Notes: generated by a model not told the origin, from the sequence alone. A stretch of 64,000 nt of DNA from Squalus acanthias (GCA_030390025.1 CM059425.1:165914001-165978000); one strand, 5' to 3'. Positions 39,820 through 52,737 are shown, counted from the first letter of the stretch. Translations and numbers: made by a program.

Positions 39820-39982
39820 GCTAAGCTGGCTCATAATCGGAGACAGCAGCAACGGACGGGTGGAGGGCGGCTTCAGCTGCAACCCATCAGCGATCTGGAG
39901 GAGCGCGTCCACAGGATTGTGGCAAGCCGGGTGATCGGTCCCGTCGCCACTGGAGACGCCGACCCCGTTGTGGACAGCAATG
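39820..39982 (+). CDS. Harbinger Myb/SANT-like protein, exon 2
   Basis: Acceptor TTCTTGCAG|G. Encodes AKLAHNRRQQQRTGGG..ISDLEERV, including the TGGG motif typical after this domain. Donor G|GTAAG, phase 1. Confidence 0.8.
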
Positions 39983-40141
39983 GTAAGGTCATCACCTTTT
40001 TGTCCTCTGTCCTTCCACTTGTCCCTCACAATACCAGCCTTTGACACTTTCAATCCAACTTGCTAACTCGCTGCACTTATTCCTCCCTTACTGCCACCCT
40101 GTCCTCACGCTAAAGCCACTCTTGTACCTCCCTGCTTTCAG

Positions 40142-41121
40142 ATGGTGATTCACCAGCTGAGGAGATGGTCCCTGAAGCTGCCACTGGGAGTGATGCTGCA
40201 GCTGAGGAGGAAGAGGAAGCCGGAGCATCAGTGCCACCCTCTCCCGAGGAAGCCCATGGCCACACTGGGAACACGCCTTCCCCGGAGGGGAGCAGGGGGG
40301 AAGGGGCTGATGATGGTGAAGTTCCAGGACCCAGCGGGCTGCAGCCACGCCATGGGGGGGGGAGGGAAGAACGGGAGCCTTCTCCCCAGAGGGAGAGTAT
40401 GCCAGACACTCCTAATGCAATGGACGCAGAGGAGGAGCGGCTGATTGCAGAAATGAACAGCCAGGCGGTGGGCATGCACACTGAGCTCATGGGTGCAGTG
40501 GGAAGGGTGCCCGAATGCATTGAGGCACTGGCAAGGAGTGTGGAGCACTTCGCTGTAGCACAGGCGGATGCCACACTAAAGCTTAGTGCTGCAATTCAGT
40601 CACTGGCTGCCAGGAACCCATCTGAGACTGCTCTCATGCAGACTCAGATTGAGGCCACGCGAGCACTGACTGCTGCCATCCTCGATGGTTCGTGCACATG
40701 TCCCCGGGGCTGTCACCGCGCCGCAGCAGGCCAGCAATCTGTTCTCCGGCAAATTGCTCCGGATGCTGAAGTGCTGCCCCGTGGGAGTGCCAGTGTGTCG
40801 GGCGAGCAGGGAGTTGCTGTTCTCTCTCACGATGACAGCATTCCTGCTGCCAACACTGTCACTTCTCCACTGCACTTGCCACCGCCTGTAGGACAGACTG
40901 CTGCCGCCCATGCAGAGTTGGTGCAGTCTGCAGCCGGGCCCTCCAGGCCCAGAAGTGGTCGAGGCCGTCCTTCAGGGGCATCTGCAGTGTCAGGGTCTGA
41001 CAAGCAGCAGCCTTCCACCAGCCTTGCTGCAGCCACTGAGGTCCCATTACGGAGGAGCAGTAGGGTTAGAAGGGGGGAAGTGCGCAAGGGAAGGAGATCA
41101 CCCTCGAAGGGCAAAAAGTAG
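40142..41121 (+). CDS. Harbinger Myb/SANT-like protein, exon 3 (acidic, helical, then basic tail)
   Basis: Acceptor CTTTCAG|AT is phase-compatible and the frame is open to TAG. Spliced product is 459 aa. Confidence 0.7.
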
Positions 41122-41415
41122 GAGGTGTGCCAAAATGCTGGTCATTTTTTTATTAAAGGCCGAGGTTCATGGCCCAACTTTTGTTTAGTGTTTTGGACAT
41201 TATCTCCAGGTTGTGAGAACCAGTTATGTTATTGACTGTTTTTTTGTGTTTATTTCTATGAGTTTGTCATGAGGAATTGACACACACAGAGTTTGCACAA
41301 TAAATAAGTTTCTGTATTCAAAATATACATGGCTGGTGGTTGGAATTATTGGTGCCTTGGCCGGCTTAGGGGTTGCGTGCTGGGTTGATTCGTGTTTGTA
41401 GCAATGGCAGGGGCC

Positions 41416-42576
41416 CTAGAAGCGGCTTGCTATTAGTCGTTGACGGACGGCCCTTGCAGTTTGACCATTGTGGGCCGCCCTCCTGCCTTGGTGCTGCTGC
41501 TGATCATCGTCCTCGGCCTGTTCCTCCTCTTCCTCCTCCTCCTCTTGTGGTGCTGCAAGGCCTGGTGGCATTGGCTGCGTCCTGAGGATTGCCATGTTGT
41601 GCAACATGCAGCACACCACTACGAATTTGGAAACTTGCTCAGGCGAGTACTGCAGGGCTCCTCCGGAATGGTCCAGACAGCGGAATCGTTGTTTGAGCAC
41701 GCCGATTGTGCGCTCAATAATATTCCTGGTTGCTTGTTGGCTTTCCTGGTACCGCAGCTCAGCAGGGGTGTTTGGCGCACGGAGCGGTGTCATCAGCCAG
41801 GTGCTCAATGCGTACCCCTTGTCCCCCAGAAGCCAACCAACTGGCTGATGCGGTGCCTCGAAAATTTCTGCCACAGTACTCTGGCGCAGGATGAAAGCAT
41901 CGTGGCAGCTGCCCGGATAGTGGGCATTGACAGCGAGAATCACCTGTCTGTGGTCACAGACCAACTGCACATTCAAGGAATGGAACCCCTTTCTGTTCCG
42001 GAACTCCTCTGCATTCTCTCGCGGAGCACGCAAAGCCACATGCGTGCAGTCAATGGCGCCCTGCACCATGGGGAAGCCCGCTACCCTCGCAAAGCCCATA
42101 GCACGGTCATGCTGCTTGTCTGGGGTCATAGGGAAGGAGATGAAGTCTCGTCTCCTTGTGAAGAGGGCATTGGTGACCTGCCGGATGCAGCGATGCACCG
42201 CAAACTGGGAGATATTGGCGAGGTCCCCAACAGCAGCTTGGAATGAGCCAGTGGCGTAGAAGTTCAAAGCCACTGTGACCTTCACTGCCACCGACAGAGA
42301 CGTCCTGGACCTCAGCTGAGGCTGCAGATCTGGCTGCAGCAGGTGGCAGAGCTCAGTGACCACCTCCTTGCTGAATCGCAGCCTTCGCAAACACAGCTCC
42401 TCGGACATGTGGATGTAGGAGAGCTGTTCACGATATACCCTGGGAGGGTAAGCTCTCCTGTACATGCGCCTGATGGCCCTCCTCCGTCTGGCCATCATTG
42501 CCACTCTCTGTCTGCGTCTCACTATCCTCCGATTGAGCTGGAGCAGGACGACGCCCCCAATCATTGCAGCCCCCAT
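41416..42576 (-). CDS. PIF/Harbinger DDE transposase (HARBI1-like family), intact, 386 aa
   Basis: GAIDCTHV, NRKGFHSLNVQLVCD, PGSCHDAFIL, LLGDKGY, RNIIERTIGVLKQRFRCLD and CCMLHN motifs. Confidence 0.93.
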   Translation of the reverse strand: MGAAMIGGVVLLQLNRRIVRRRQRVAMMARRRRAIRRMYRRAYPPRVYREQLSYIHMSEELCLRRLRFSKEVVTELCHLLQPDLQPQLRSRTSLSVAVKVTVALNFYATGSFQAAVGDLANISQFAVHRCIRQVTNALFTRRRDFISFPMTPDKQHDRAMGFARVAGFPMVQGAIDCTHVALRAPRENAEEFRNRKGFHSLNVQLVCDHRQVILAVNAHYPGSCHDAFILRQSTVAEIFEAPHQPVGWLLGDKGYALSTWLMTPLRAPNTPAELRYQESQQATRNIIERTIGVLKQRFRCLDHSGGALQYSPEQVSKFVVVCCMLHNMAILRTQPMPPGLAAPQEEEEEEEEQAEDDDQQQHQGRRAAHNGQTARAVRQRLIASRF

Positions 42577-45500
42577 ATTCTCTTTGCCAGAAAAGTAATG
42601 AGGTACAGCAACGAAAGTAGCAGCAAAGTTAGGATGAACTAGGCAAAACTACCTCACAAAGCGTTGAGTCAATGTAGAAGTCTCTCTCTAAGAGTGTTAA
42701 AAAAAGAAGCTTGAAGGCTTTGTGTCTTAATGCGAGGAGCATTCGTAATAAGGTGGATGAATTAGCTGCACAAATAGATGTAAAACGGATATGATATAAT
42801 TGGGATTACGGAGACATGGCTCCAGGGTGACCAAGGCTGGGAATTCAACATCCAGGGGTATTCAATATTCAGGAAAGACAGGCAAAAAGGAAAAGGAGGT
42901 GGGGTAGCATTGCTGGTTAAAGAGGAGATTAACACAATAGTAAGGAAGGATATTAGCTCTGATGATGTGGAATCTGGACGGGTAGAGCTGAGAAATACCA
43001 AGGGGCAGAAAACATTAGTGGGAGTTGTATACAGACCCCCAAACAGTAATGCTGAGGTTGGGGATGGCATTAAATGGGAAATTAGAGACGCGTGCAATAA
43101 GGGCACAGCAGTTATCATGGGCAACTTTAATCTACATATAGATTGGGCTAACCAAATTAGTAACAATACTGTGGAGGAGGAATTCCTGGAGTGTATACGG
43201 GATGGTTTCCTGGACCAATATGTCGAGGAACCAACTAGACATCAGGCCAACTTAAACTGGGTATTATGTAATGAGAAAGGATTAATTAGCAATCTTGTTG
43301 TGCGAGGCCCCTTGGGGAGGAGCGATCATAATAAGATAGAATTCTTCATTAAGATGGAGAGTGAAGTAGTTGACTCAGAGACTAGGGTCCTGAATTTAAA
43401 TAAAGGAAACTACAATGGTAAGAGGTGCAAGTTGGCTAGGATGGATTGGGGAATAATACTTAAAGGGTTGATGGTGGATAGGCAACGGCAAACATTTAAA
43501 AATCGCATGGATGAACTATAGAATTTGTTCATCCCTGTTTGGCATAAAAATAAAACAAAAAAGGTGACTCAACCATGGCTAACAAGGGAAATTAGGGATA
43601 GCATAAGATCCAAGGAGAGGACTTATAAATTGGCCAGAAAAAGCAGCAAACCTGAGGATTGGGAGCAGTTTAAGATTCAGCAAAGAAGGACAAAGGGATT
43701 AATTAAGAGGGGGAAAATAAAATATGAGAGTAAGCTTGCAGGGAACATAAAAACTGACTGTAAAAGCTTCTATAGATATGTGAAGAGAAAAAGATTGGTG
43801 AAGTCAAGCGTAGGTCCCTTGCAGTCAGAATCAGGGGAATTTATAATGGGGAACAAAGAAAATGGCAGACCAATTAAATACATACTTTGGTTCTGTCTTC
43901 ACAAAGGAGGACACAAATAACCTCCCAGAGATGTCGGGGAACATAGGGTTTAATGAGAGGGAGGAACTGAATGAAATAAGTATTTGTAGGGAAATGGTGT
44001 TAGGGAAATTGATGGGATTGAAGGCCGATAAATCCCCAGGGCCTGATAATCTACATCCTAGGGTACTTAAGGAAGTGGCCCTAGAAATAGTAGATGCATT
44101 GCTGGTCATCTTCCAAAATTCTATAGACTCTGGAACAGTCCCCATGGATTGGAGGGTAGCTAATGTAACCCCACTATTTAAAAAAGGTGGTAGAGAGAAA
44201 ACAGGGAATTATAGACTGGTAAGCCTGACATTGGTAGTGGGGAAGATGCTAGAGTCCATTATAAAAGATGTAATAGCAGAGCACTTGGAAAACAGTGACA
44301 GGATCGGACAAAGTCAACATGGATTTACAAAAGGTAAATCATGCTTGACTAATCTACTGGAAATTTTTTGAGGATGTAACTGGTAGAATAGATAAGGGAG
44401 AACCAGTGGATGTGGTGTATTTGGACTTTCAGAAGGCTTTCGATAAGGTTCCGCATAAGAGATTAGCGTGCAAAGTTAAAGCACATGGGATTGGGGGTAA
44501 GGTACTGACTTGGATAGAGAACTGGTTGGCAGACAGGAAGCAAAGAGTTGGAATAAATGGGTCTTTTTCCGAGTGGCAGGCAGTGACTAGTGGGGTACCG
44601 CAGGGATCGGTGCTAGGACCCCAGTTATTCACAATATATATTAATGATCTAGACGAGGGAACTAGATGTAATATCTCTAAGTTTGCAGATGACACAAAGC
44701 TGGGTGGGCATGTGTGCTGTGAGGAGGATGGAGAGAAACTCCAGTATGATTTGGACAGGTTGGGTGATTGGGCAGATGCATGGCAGATGCAGTATAATGT
44801 GGATAAATGCGAGGTTATCCACTTTGGTGGCAAAAACAGGAAGGCAGATTATTATCTGAACGGCAATAGATTGGGAAAAGGGGAAGTGCAATGAAACCTG
44901 GGTGTCCTTGTGCACCAGTCGCTGAAGGTAAGTATGCAGGTGCAGCAGACGGTTAAGAAGGCAAATGGTATGTTGGCCTTCATAGCGAGAGGATTCGAGT
45001 ACAGGAGCAAGAATGTCTTGCTGCAGTTGTACAGGGCCTTGGTGAGACCACATCTTGAGTATTGTGTGCAGTTTTGGTCGCCTTATCTGAGGAAGGATGT
45101 TCTTGCCATGGAGGGAGTGCAGCGAAGATTCACCAGACTGATACCTGGGATGTTAGGAATGACATATGAAGAGAGATTGGGTCGATTGGGCTTGTATTCG
45201 CTAGAGTTTAGAAGAATGAGAGGGGATCTCATTGAAACTTATAAAATTCTAACAGGACTAGACAGACTAGATACAGGAAGGATGTTCCTAATGGCGGGAG
45301 AGTCCAGAACCAGGGGTCACAGTCTAAGGATAAGGGGTAAGCCATTTAGGACTGAGATGAGGAGGAATTTCTTCACCCAGAGAGTGGAGAACCTGTGGAA
45401 TTCTCTACCACACAAGGCAGTTGAGGCCAATTCATTAAATATATTCAAGAAGGAGTTAGATATATTTGTTAAGGCTAAAGGGATCAAGGGATATGGGGAG

Positions 45501-45664
45501 AAAGCAGGGACAGGGTACTGAATTTGGATGATCAGCCATGATCGCATTGAATGGCAGAACAGGCTCAAGGGACCGAATGGCCTACTCCTGCTCCTATCTT
45601 CTATGTTTGGCTCTGACCCAGAGTTGAATGTATTACCAACTGAGCTCAGCTGGAACACCAATCA

Positions 45665-46030
45665 TTTCAAAATCATGAGGGGTCTGGACAGAGTAGACAG
45701 AGAGAAACTGTTCCCATTGGCAGAAGGGTCGAGAACCAGAGGACACAGATTTAAGGCGATTGGCAGAAGAACCAAAAGTGACATGAGGAAAACTTTTTTA
45801 CTCAGCGAGTGGTTAGAATCTGGAATGCAATGCCTGAAAGGATGGAGGCAGATTCAATCATGGCTTTGAAAAGGGAGTTGGATAAGTACCTGAAGGAAAA
45901 AAAATTGCAGGGCTACGGGGAAAGGGCGGGGGAGTGGGACTAGCTGAGGTGCTCTTGCAGAGAGCCGGCACGGGCTCAACGGGCCGAATGGCCTTCTTCC
46001 GTGCTGTAACCATTCTATGATTCTATGATT
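45665..46030 (+). mobile_element. CR1 3' fragment (ATTCTATG-tail subfamily)
   Basis: FKIMRGLDRVDREKLFPLAEGSRTRGH and tail ATTCTATGATTCTATG. Confidence 0.85.
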
Positions 46031-47680
46031 TTTCACTCAGATCACTCAAAGTGCAGGCTCCCACAGCAACACAGTGATGCAGTGTGTTGGTGATCTTAGC
46101 TCTATTGTAAGGCAGGCAGCAAGCAGAAGCCAGCTGCTTCAAGAGGGGATCACCCTTGACTACCGTCAGATGCTGATTTTGGAATTGTAATGATAATGGC
46201 CTGGGAGAAGTTTACCATCTCTGGACAGTGTCAAATGGAGCATTTTCTATGAGGATGTGGGGGGTTGGTTGGGGGGCGGGGGAGATGAGGAAACTAAACG
46301 AAAGGAAGAAAATAAATGGGCAAATATATAAAAGTTTTAAACTTCTTATGGCACTTCAAAATATAAATCCATGCCAAAATAAAGTACTGATTAGTGCCAA
46401 ACCAAAATATTTATTCTGAACATTTAATATCAGGGTTAGGTCACTCTGTTATCTGGTGATTCACTTCTCCTGTCAGAGTGGCAATGTGATTTTCAGCATC
46501 TTTGAATCTATATATAACAAATTTGTGCTCAGTATTACATGAAGCCAATAGAAATTTATGAATTATTTTTCCCAAATTTCATATTGGGACTTTGTTTACT
46601 TAAAAATGAAGATGCATCCAAAATTTGTAAATCTTATACAGCGTGAAAGCGAAGCCTGAGTAAGTGACTGCAAAATAAGAATATCACCTCAGGGATGTCA
46701 CTCAGGAGATTTGTTTCCACATTTGACATTTAGGTGGCTAAATTCATCAGAGGAGAGCAACATGATCCTAGATTTCAGGAATAATGCTACTCTTAGTATC
46801 ACAAATTGAGCTTCTGGAACTATAATAAATAAAATGTTGAATGTGTCATTGTATTAAATGTATTTATTAGGTACTAATTGATTTTGCATGATATTGCTCA
46901 GTCAAAAATGAAATAAAAGTACCTTTCTGCTCCTTTTAACTATCCGATTGTCGTTTATTTGCCGACAACTCTTTCATCACCCGACCATCTATGCTACTCA
47001 TACTTTAATTGGCTCTCTGTTTGTCTTTGACACTTCTCACTTTCTCTCATCTCAACAATATCCAACAGCTTACATTTCTAAAATTATCACCTCATACAGA
47101 GGAACATCTAAGACTACTTTACAAGACAACAAATGGACACCGATCAGGAAGTAGAAAGGGAAGAGAAGTATTGGGAGGCAGCTAAAATATTTCTCTAAGT
47201 CTTTTCTTCACTATGTCTTTGTTTCCTACGCTGTGTCACATAATTTTTCCGTGTGTCTCTCTTCTTTCTGTGACTGCCTGGCTCTCGTTCTATATATCTT
47301 CTACTCCTTAGCGATTCACAAAATGTCTTTTCCCTGGGGTCAATAATGCAGCTTGCACACTGGCCCATTAGCACCAATGCAATGTGGATAGAGAGGGGTC
47401 AGGTCATTTTCTTAATTTAGTGACACGCCAGGTGCATATCTCATGATGTGCCAGAAGCACCAGGGCTGCATTGTCTGGTGCCAACAGCCAGTGAAGGGCT
47501 TTGGGTTAGCCATTGTGCCCCAGGCACTTTTCTGGCATGAACAACAAGGGTATGAAGTAGGGAGTGCAGATTGATGGTCCGTGCTCTCAGCTATGAAAGA
47601 GGGAAGAATGATTAACTAAAAATACAGTGAATTTTTAAATCCCAAATCATACATTTTCAGTTATTTATACTGCTTCCAAG

Positions 47681-48010
47681 ATAGAAACATAGAAAAACAG
47701 GAGCAGGAGTAGGCCATTCGGCCCTTTGAGCCTGCTCCGCCATTCAACCCTATCATGGCTGATCCTCTATCTCAATACCATATTCCTGCTCTCCCCCCAT
47801 ACCCCTTGATGCCTTTTGTGTCTAGAAATCTATCTATTTCCTTCTTAAATATATTCAGTGACTTGGCCTCCACAGCCTTCTGTGGTAGAGAATTCCACAG
47901 GATCACCACCCTCTGAATGAAGAAATTTCTCCTCATCTCAGTCTTAAATGTTCTACCCCGTATTCTGAGACTGTGACCTCTCGTTCTAGACTCCCCAGCC
48001 AGGGGAAACT
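47681..48010 (-). mobile_element. CR1 3' fragment
   Basis: Closely matches 29625-29960. Confidence 0.85.
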
Positions 48011-49260
48011 ATGATGCACATTACTTACATGAAACAAATATACATCTTAAAATATGGACATACTTGTTGGATTCTTTCAGAATTCTAGGTGAGCACTTCT
48101 TGTGTCTTGTGCGCTTGAGTTATGTGATTCCAGATTAATCCATATATGAAGTGATTGGGGAAATCCTCAGTTTTTAATGTAGGTATCACACTCCAACTTT
48201 AGGAAAAATTTTCTCTCCCCTGCTCTCTTCATTTCTTCAGTTCCCTGCTGCTCTATCTCTACATTTAATCAACTCGCATTATGCTAAATAGAATGCTATT
48301 GATTGTGTGATCTATATTTACCATTGGAGTACTAGTTGCATCTATAATAAAAACAATCTTCAAAAATATTGATTGTAAAACTGCATTACCCCAAGGACAG
48401 AAAGTTAAGAGTCTGCAGATGTGAAAAGTGGATTGGTGTGTTGGCAGATCAACAAACTATATCATGGAGTGGCAGGGCTATGAAATATCTAAATCTGCTT
48501 CAGTGAATAAATATATTTTAAGCAGTAGAATGTGGAGGATGAGGTAAAACATAGAAATTGCAACTTAACAGGCCAACATTCAATGCTCCAGCCTCAGTAA
48601 GTTCCGAAAATGGCAACTCCGACCAGCTGTGCCGAGGTAAAAAAATTTCAATCAAATTAAAAATAAATTCAAGAAGTTAAAGATGTATGGCTGTATGTTA
48701 TAACAATATTTGAGAATAAGCCACTGTTGGGTTTTATCCTGGGTGTCAGTGTTATGACTTCTTGTCCAATGGTTGTGTTTGAATAATCTTTTCCTATATC
48801 TCATGAAACACAAACATCACCAAGAGTGCCATAAATGACACACAAGATGTATCTGGGGAGACACAACAGAAAGCTCTTCTAAGGAATCTCATTTCATATA
48901 TGACCCTGTAAAATCAGAGAAAATATGTGGCTTTAAATGAGATGATTAAAGGAAGGTTATGTTGGGTGAAAGGTGGTGACCTCATCTTTTTGACACCTGA
49001 GCCTTTTTCTTAAAGCTCAATGCTTGTCATTTCAAGAGAAAATGTGAGGAGGGGTTTCACAACATAGTGCCTCTGGTTTTTTATTCATATTGTACAGGCT
49101 AATGCTTAAACAAGAGTTCATAAAAGACTTTACTTTTATATGTGGATGTAAATAATCATAGAATCTTACAGCACAGAAGGAAGCCATTCAGCCTGTCACG
49201 CCTGTGCTGGCTCTTTGAAAGCTGTCCAATTTAGTCCCACACCCAGCTCTTTCCCCATAA

Positions 49261-50947
49261 CTGCCAGAAGTGCCGAGTGGATGATCCATATCGGCCTCCT
49301 CCTGAGGTCCCCATCATCACAGAAGCCAGTCTTCAGCCAATTCGATTCACTCCAAGTGATATCAAGAAACGGCTGAGCGCACTGGATACAGCAAAAGCTG
49401 TGGGCCCCGACAACATCCCGGCTGTCGTGCTGAAGAATTGTGCTCCAGAACTAGCCGCGCCTCTAGCCAAGCTATTCAAGTACAGCTATAACACTGGCAT
49501 TTATCTGACAATGTGGAAAACTGCCCAGGTGTGTCCTGTCCACAAAAAGCAGGACAAATCCAATGCAGTCAATTACCGCCACATCAGTCTACTCTCAATC
49601 ATCAGCAAAGTGATGGAAGGTGTCGTCGACAGTGCTATCAAGTGGTACTTGCTCACCAACAACCTACTCACTGATGCCCAGTTTGGGTTCCGCCAGGACC
49701 ACTCGGCTCCTGACTTCATTACAGCCTTGGTCCAAACATGGACAAAAGAGCTGAATTCCAGAGGTGAGGTGAGAGTGACTGCCCTTGACATCAAGGCAGC
49801 ATTTGACCGAGTGTGGCATCAAGGAGTCCTAGTAAAACTGAAGTCAATGGGGATCGGGGGGGAAAACTCTCCACTGGCTGGAGTCATACCTAGCACAAAG
49901 AAAGATGGTTGTGGTGGTTGAAGTCAATCATCACAGCCCCAGGACATCACTGCAGGAGTTCCACAGGGCAGTGTCCTAGGCCCAACCATCTTCAGCTGCT
50001 TCATCAATGACCTTCCCTCCAACATAAGGTCAGAGGTGGGGATGTTCGCTGATGACTGCAGTGTTCAGTGCCATTCGCAACTCCTCAGATAATGAAGCTG
50101 TCCATGCCCACATGCAGCAAGAACTGGATGACATTCAGGCTTGGGCTGATAAGTGACAGGTAACATTCGCGTCACATAAGTGCCAGGCAATGACTATCTC
50201 CAACAAGCGAGTGTCTAACCACCGCCCCTTGACATTCAATGGCATTACCATCACCGAATCCGCCACCATCAATATCCTGGGGGTCATCATTGACCAGAAA
50301 CTTAACTGGACCAGCCACATAAATACTGTGGCAACAAGAGCAGGTCAGAGGCGGGGAATTTTGCGGCAAGTGTCTCACCTCCTGGCTCCCCAAAGCCTTT
50401 CCACCATCGACAAGGCACAAGTCAGGAGTGTGATGGAATACTCTCCACTTGCCTGGATGAGTGCAGCTCCAACAACACTCAAGAAGCTCGACACCATCCA
50501 AGACAAAGCAGCCCGCTTGATTGGCACCCCATCCACCACCTTAAACATTCACTCCCTCCACCACCGGCGTACCGTGGCTGCAGTGTGGACCATCTACAAG
50601 ATGCACTGCAGCAACTCACCAAGGCTTCTTCGGCAGCACCTCCCAAATCCCCGACCTCTACCACCTAGAAGGACAAGGGCAGCAGGCGCATGGGAACACC
50701 ACCACCTCCAAGTTCCCCCCCAAGTCACACAGCAACCGGACTAGGAAGTATATCGCTGATCCTTCATCGTCACTGGGTCAAAATCCTGAAACTCCCTCCC
50801 TAACAGCACTGTGGGAGTACCTTCACCAAACGGACTGCAGCGGTTTAAGGCGGCGGCTCACCACCACCTTCTGAAGGGCAATTAGGGATGGGCAATAAAT
50901 GCTGGCCTTGCCAGCGACGCCCACATTCCAGGAACTAATAAAAAAAA
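49261..50947 (+). mobile_element. 5'-truncated LINE of the CR1/L2 group, distinct from the canonical CR1 copies
   Basis: [52 protein letters not shown] and MFADD motifs. Ends AATAAA plus an A-run. Confidence 0.85.
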
Positions 50948-51537
50948 CTCTACAAATTAGTCCTCTTCAAGTACATGTCCAATTCCCTTTTGAAAGTCCC
51001 TATGGAATCTGCTTCCACCACCCTTTCAGTTAGTGCATTCCAGATCTTAACCTTCTGTGTGGAAAAAAAACTAACTTCCCCTCTAGTTCTTTTACCAGTT
51101 ATTTTAAATCTATAACCTCTGGATACCGACCCACTTGCCAGAAGAAACAATTTCTCCCTACTTAGTCTATCAAAACCCCTTATAACTTTGAATACTTCTA
51201 TTAGGTCTTCCCTTAACCTTCTCTGCTCCAAGGAGAACAATCCCAGCTTCGCCAATCTCTCCATATAACTGAAGTCCCTCAGACTGATTCCATCCTGGTA
51301 AACCTCTGTATTCTCTCCAAGGGCTTAACATCCTTCTTAAAGTGTGGTTCCCAGAATTGCACACAATAATCCAGCTGAAGCCTAACCAATGATTTGTGAA
51401 GGCTTGGCATAACTTCCTTGTTTTTGTATTCAATGCCCTGATTTACAAATGATGCGGAGATGCCGGTGTTGGACTGGGGTGGACAAAATTGAGAGGTCGC
51501 ACAACACCAGGTTATAGTCCAACAGTTTTATTTGAAA

Positions 51538-51575
51538 TCACAAGCTTTCGGAACTATCACTCCTTCCTCAGGTGA
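51538..51575 (-). ncRNA. Minimal hammerhead ribozyme motif (minus strand)
   Basis: Reverse complement TCAC-CTGAGGA-A-GGAGT-GATA-GTTCC-GAAA-GCTT-GTGA. Confidence 0.6.
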
Positions 51576-51589
51576 CAGGACTGGACACT

Positions 51590-51627
51590 TCACCTGAGGA
51601 AGGAGCGATAGTTCCGAAAGCTTGTGA
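51590..51627 (+). ncRNA. Minimal type I hammerhead ribozyme motif
   Basis: Stem I TCAC/GTGA, core CTGAGGA, stem II GGAGC-GATA-GTTCC, GAAA, palindromic stem III AGCT. Confidence 0.7.
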
Positions 51628-51840
51628 TTTCAAATAAAACTGTTGGACTATAACCTGGTGTTGTGCGACCTCCTGATTTACAAAGCCAAGTATCCTATCT
51701 GCTTCCTTAACAGCCTTATTAACTTGCCCTGCCACATTCAAAGATTTTGTGAATATGCACCCTCGGGGTCCCTCTGCTTTCGCACCCCCTTTAAAATAGT
51801 ACCATTTAGATTATACTGGCTCTCCATGTTGTTTCTCCCA

Positions 51841-52737
51841 ATGCTGTGAGGAGGATGCCGAGAAACTCCAGGATGATTTGGACAGGTTGGGTGATTGGGC
51901 AGAAGCATGGCAGATGCAATATAACGTGGATAAATGCGAGGTTATCCACTTTGGTGTCAAAAACAGGAAGGCAGATTATCTGAACGGCAATAGATTGGGA
52001 GAAGGGGAAGTGCAACGAGACCTGGGTGTCCTTGTGCACCAGTCGCTGAAGGTAAGCATGCAGGTGCAGCAGGCGGTTAAGGCGGCAAATGGTATGTTGG
52101 CCTTCGTAGCGAGAGGGTTTGAGTACAGGAACAAGGATGTCTTGCTGCAGTTGTACAGGGCCTTGGTGAGACCACACCTTGAGTATTGTGTGCAGTTTTG
52201 GTCGCCTTATCTGAGGAAGGAGGTTCTTGCCATGGAAGGAGTTCAGCAAAGATTCACCAGGCTGATAGCTGGGATGGCAGGACTGACGTAGGAGGAGAGA
52301 TTGGGTCAATTGGCCTTATACTCGCTGGAGTTTAGAAGAATGAGAGGGGATCTCATTGAAACTTATAAAATTCCGACAGGACTGGACAGACTAGATGCAG
52401 GAAGGATGTTCCCGATGGTCAGGGAGTCCAGAACCAGGGGTCACAGTCTAAGGAAAGGGGTAAGCCATTTAGGACAGAAATGAGGAGGAATTTCTTCACC
52501 CAGAGAGTGGAGAACCTGTGGAATTCACTACCACAAAAGGCAGTAGAGGCTAATTCATTAAATATATTCAAGAAGGAGTTGGATATATTTCTCAAGGCTA
52601 AAGGGATCAAGGGATATGGGGAGAAAGCAGGGACAGGGTTCTGAATTTGAATGATCAGCCATGATCGCATTGAATGGTGGAGCAGGCTAGAGGGGCCGAA
52701 TGGCCTATTCCTGCTCCTATCTTCTATGTTTCTATGT
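51841..52737 (+). mobile_element. 5'-truncated CR1
   Basis: RT C-terminal motifs and tail TTCTATGTTTCTATG. Very similar to 44715-45608. Confidence 0.88.

Larger units (their letters stand above)
38040..45608 (+). mobile_element. Near full-length CR1 LINE interrupted at 39188-42689
   Basis: ORF1 38097-39035 has CSSCTMW..CRKC, GDSIVRG and HIGTNN motifs. ORF2 ~42700-45521 has stops and frameshifts. Tail TTCTATGTTT. Confidence 0.93.
51450..51671. mobile_element. Palindromic Penelope-type pLTR insertion (second family)
   Basis: 83-bp arms 51493-51575 and 51590-51672 with one mismatch. 13-bp TSD CCTGATTTACAAA (51437-51449, 51672-51684). Confidence 0.85.

Noticed and set aside
41416..42576. Host gene HARBI1
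   Set aside because: It sits inside a CR1 copy paired with a transposon-type Myb gene and has an acidic tail like the remnants in nearby elements. Family-level similarity only, so no symbol is given.
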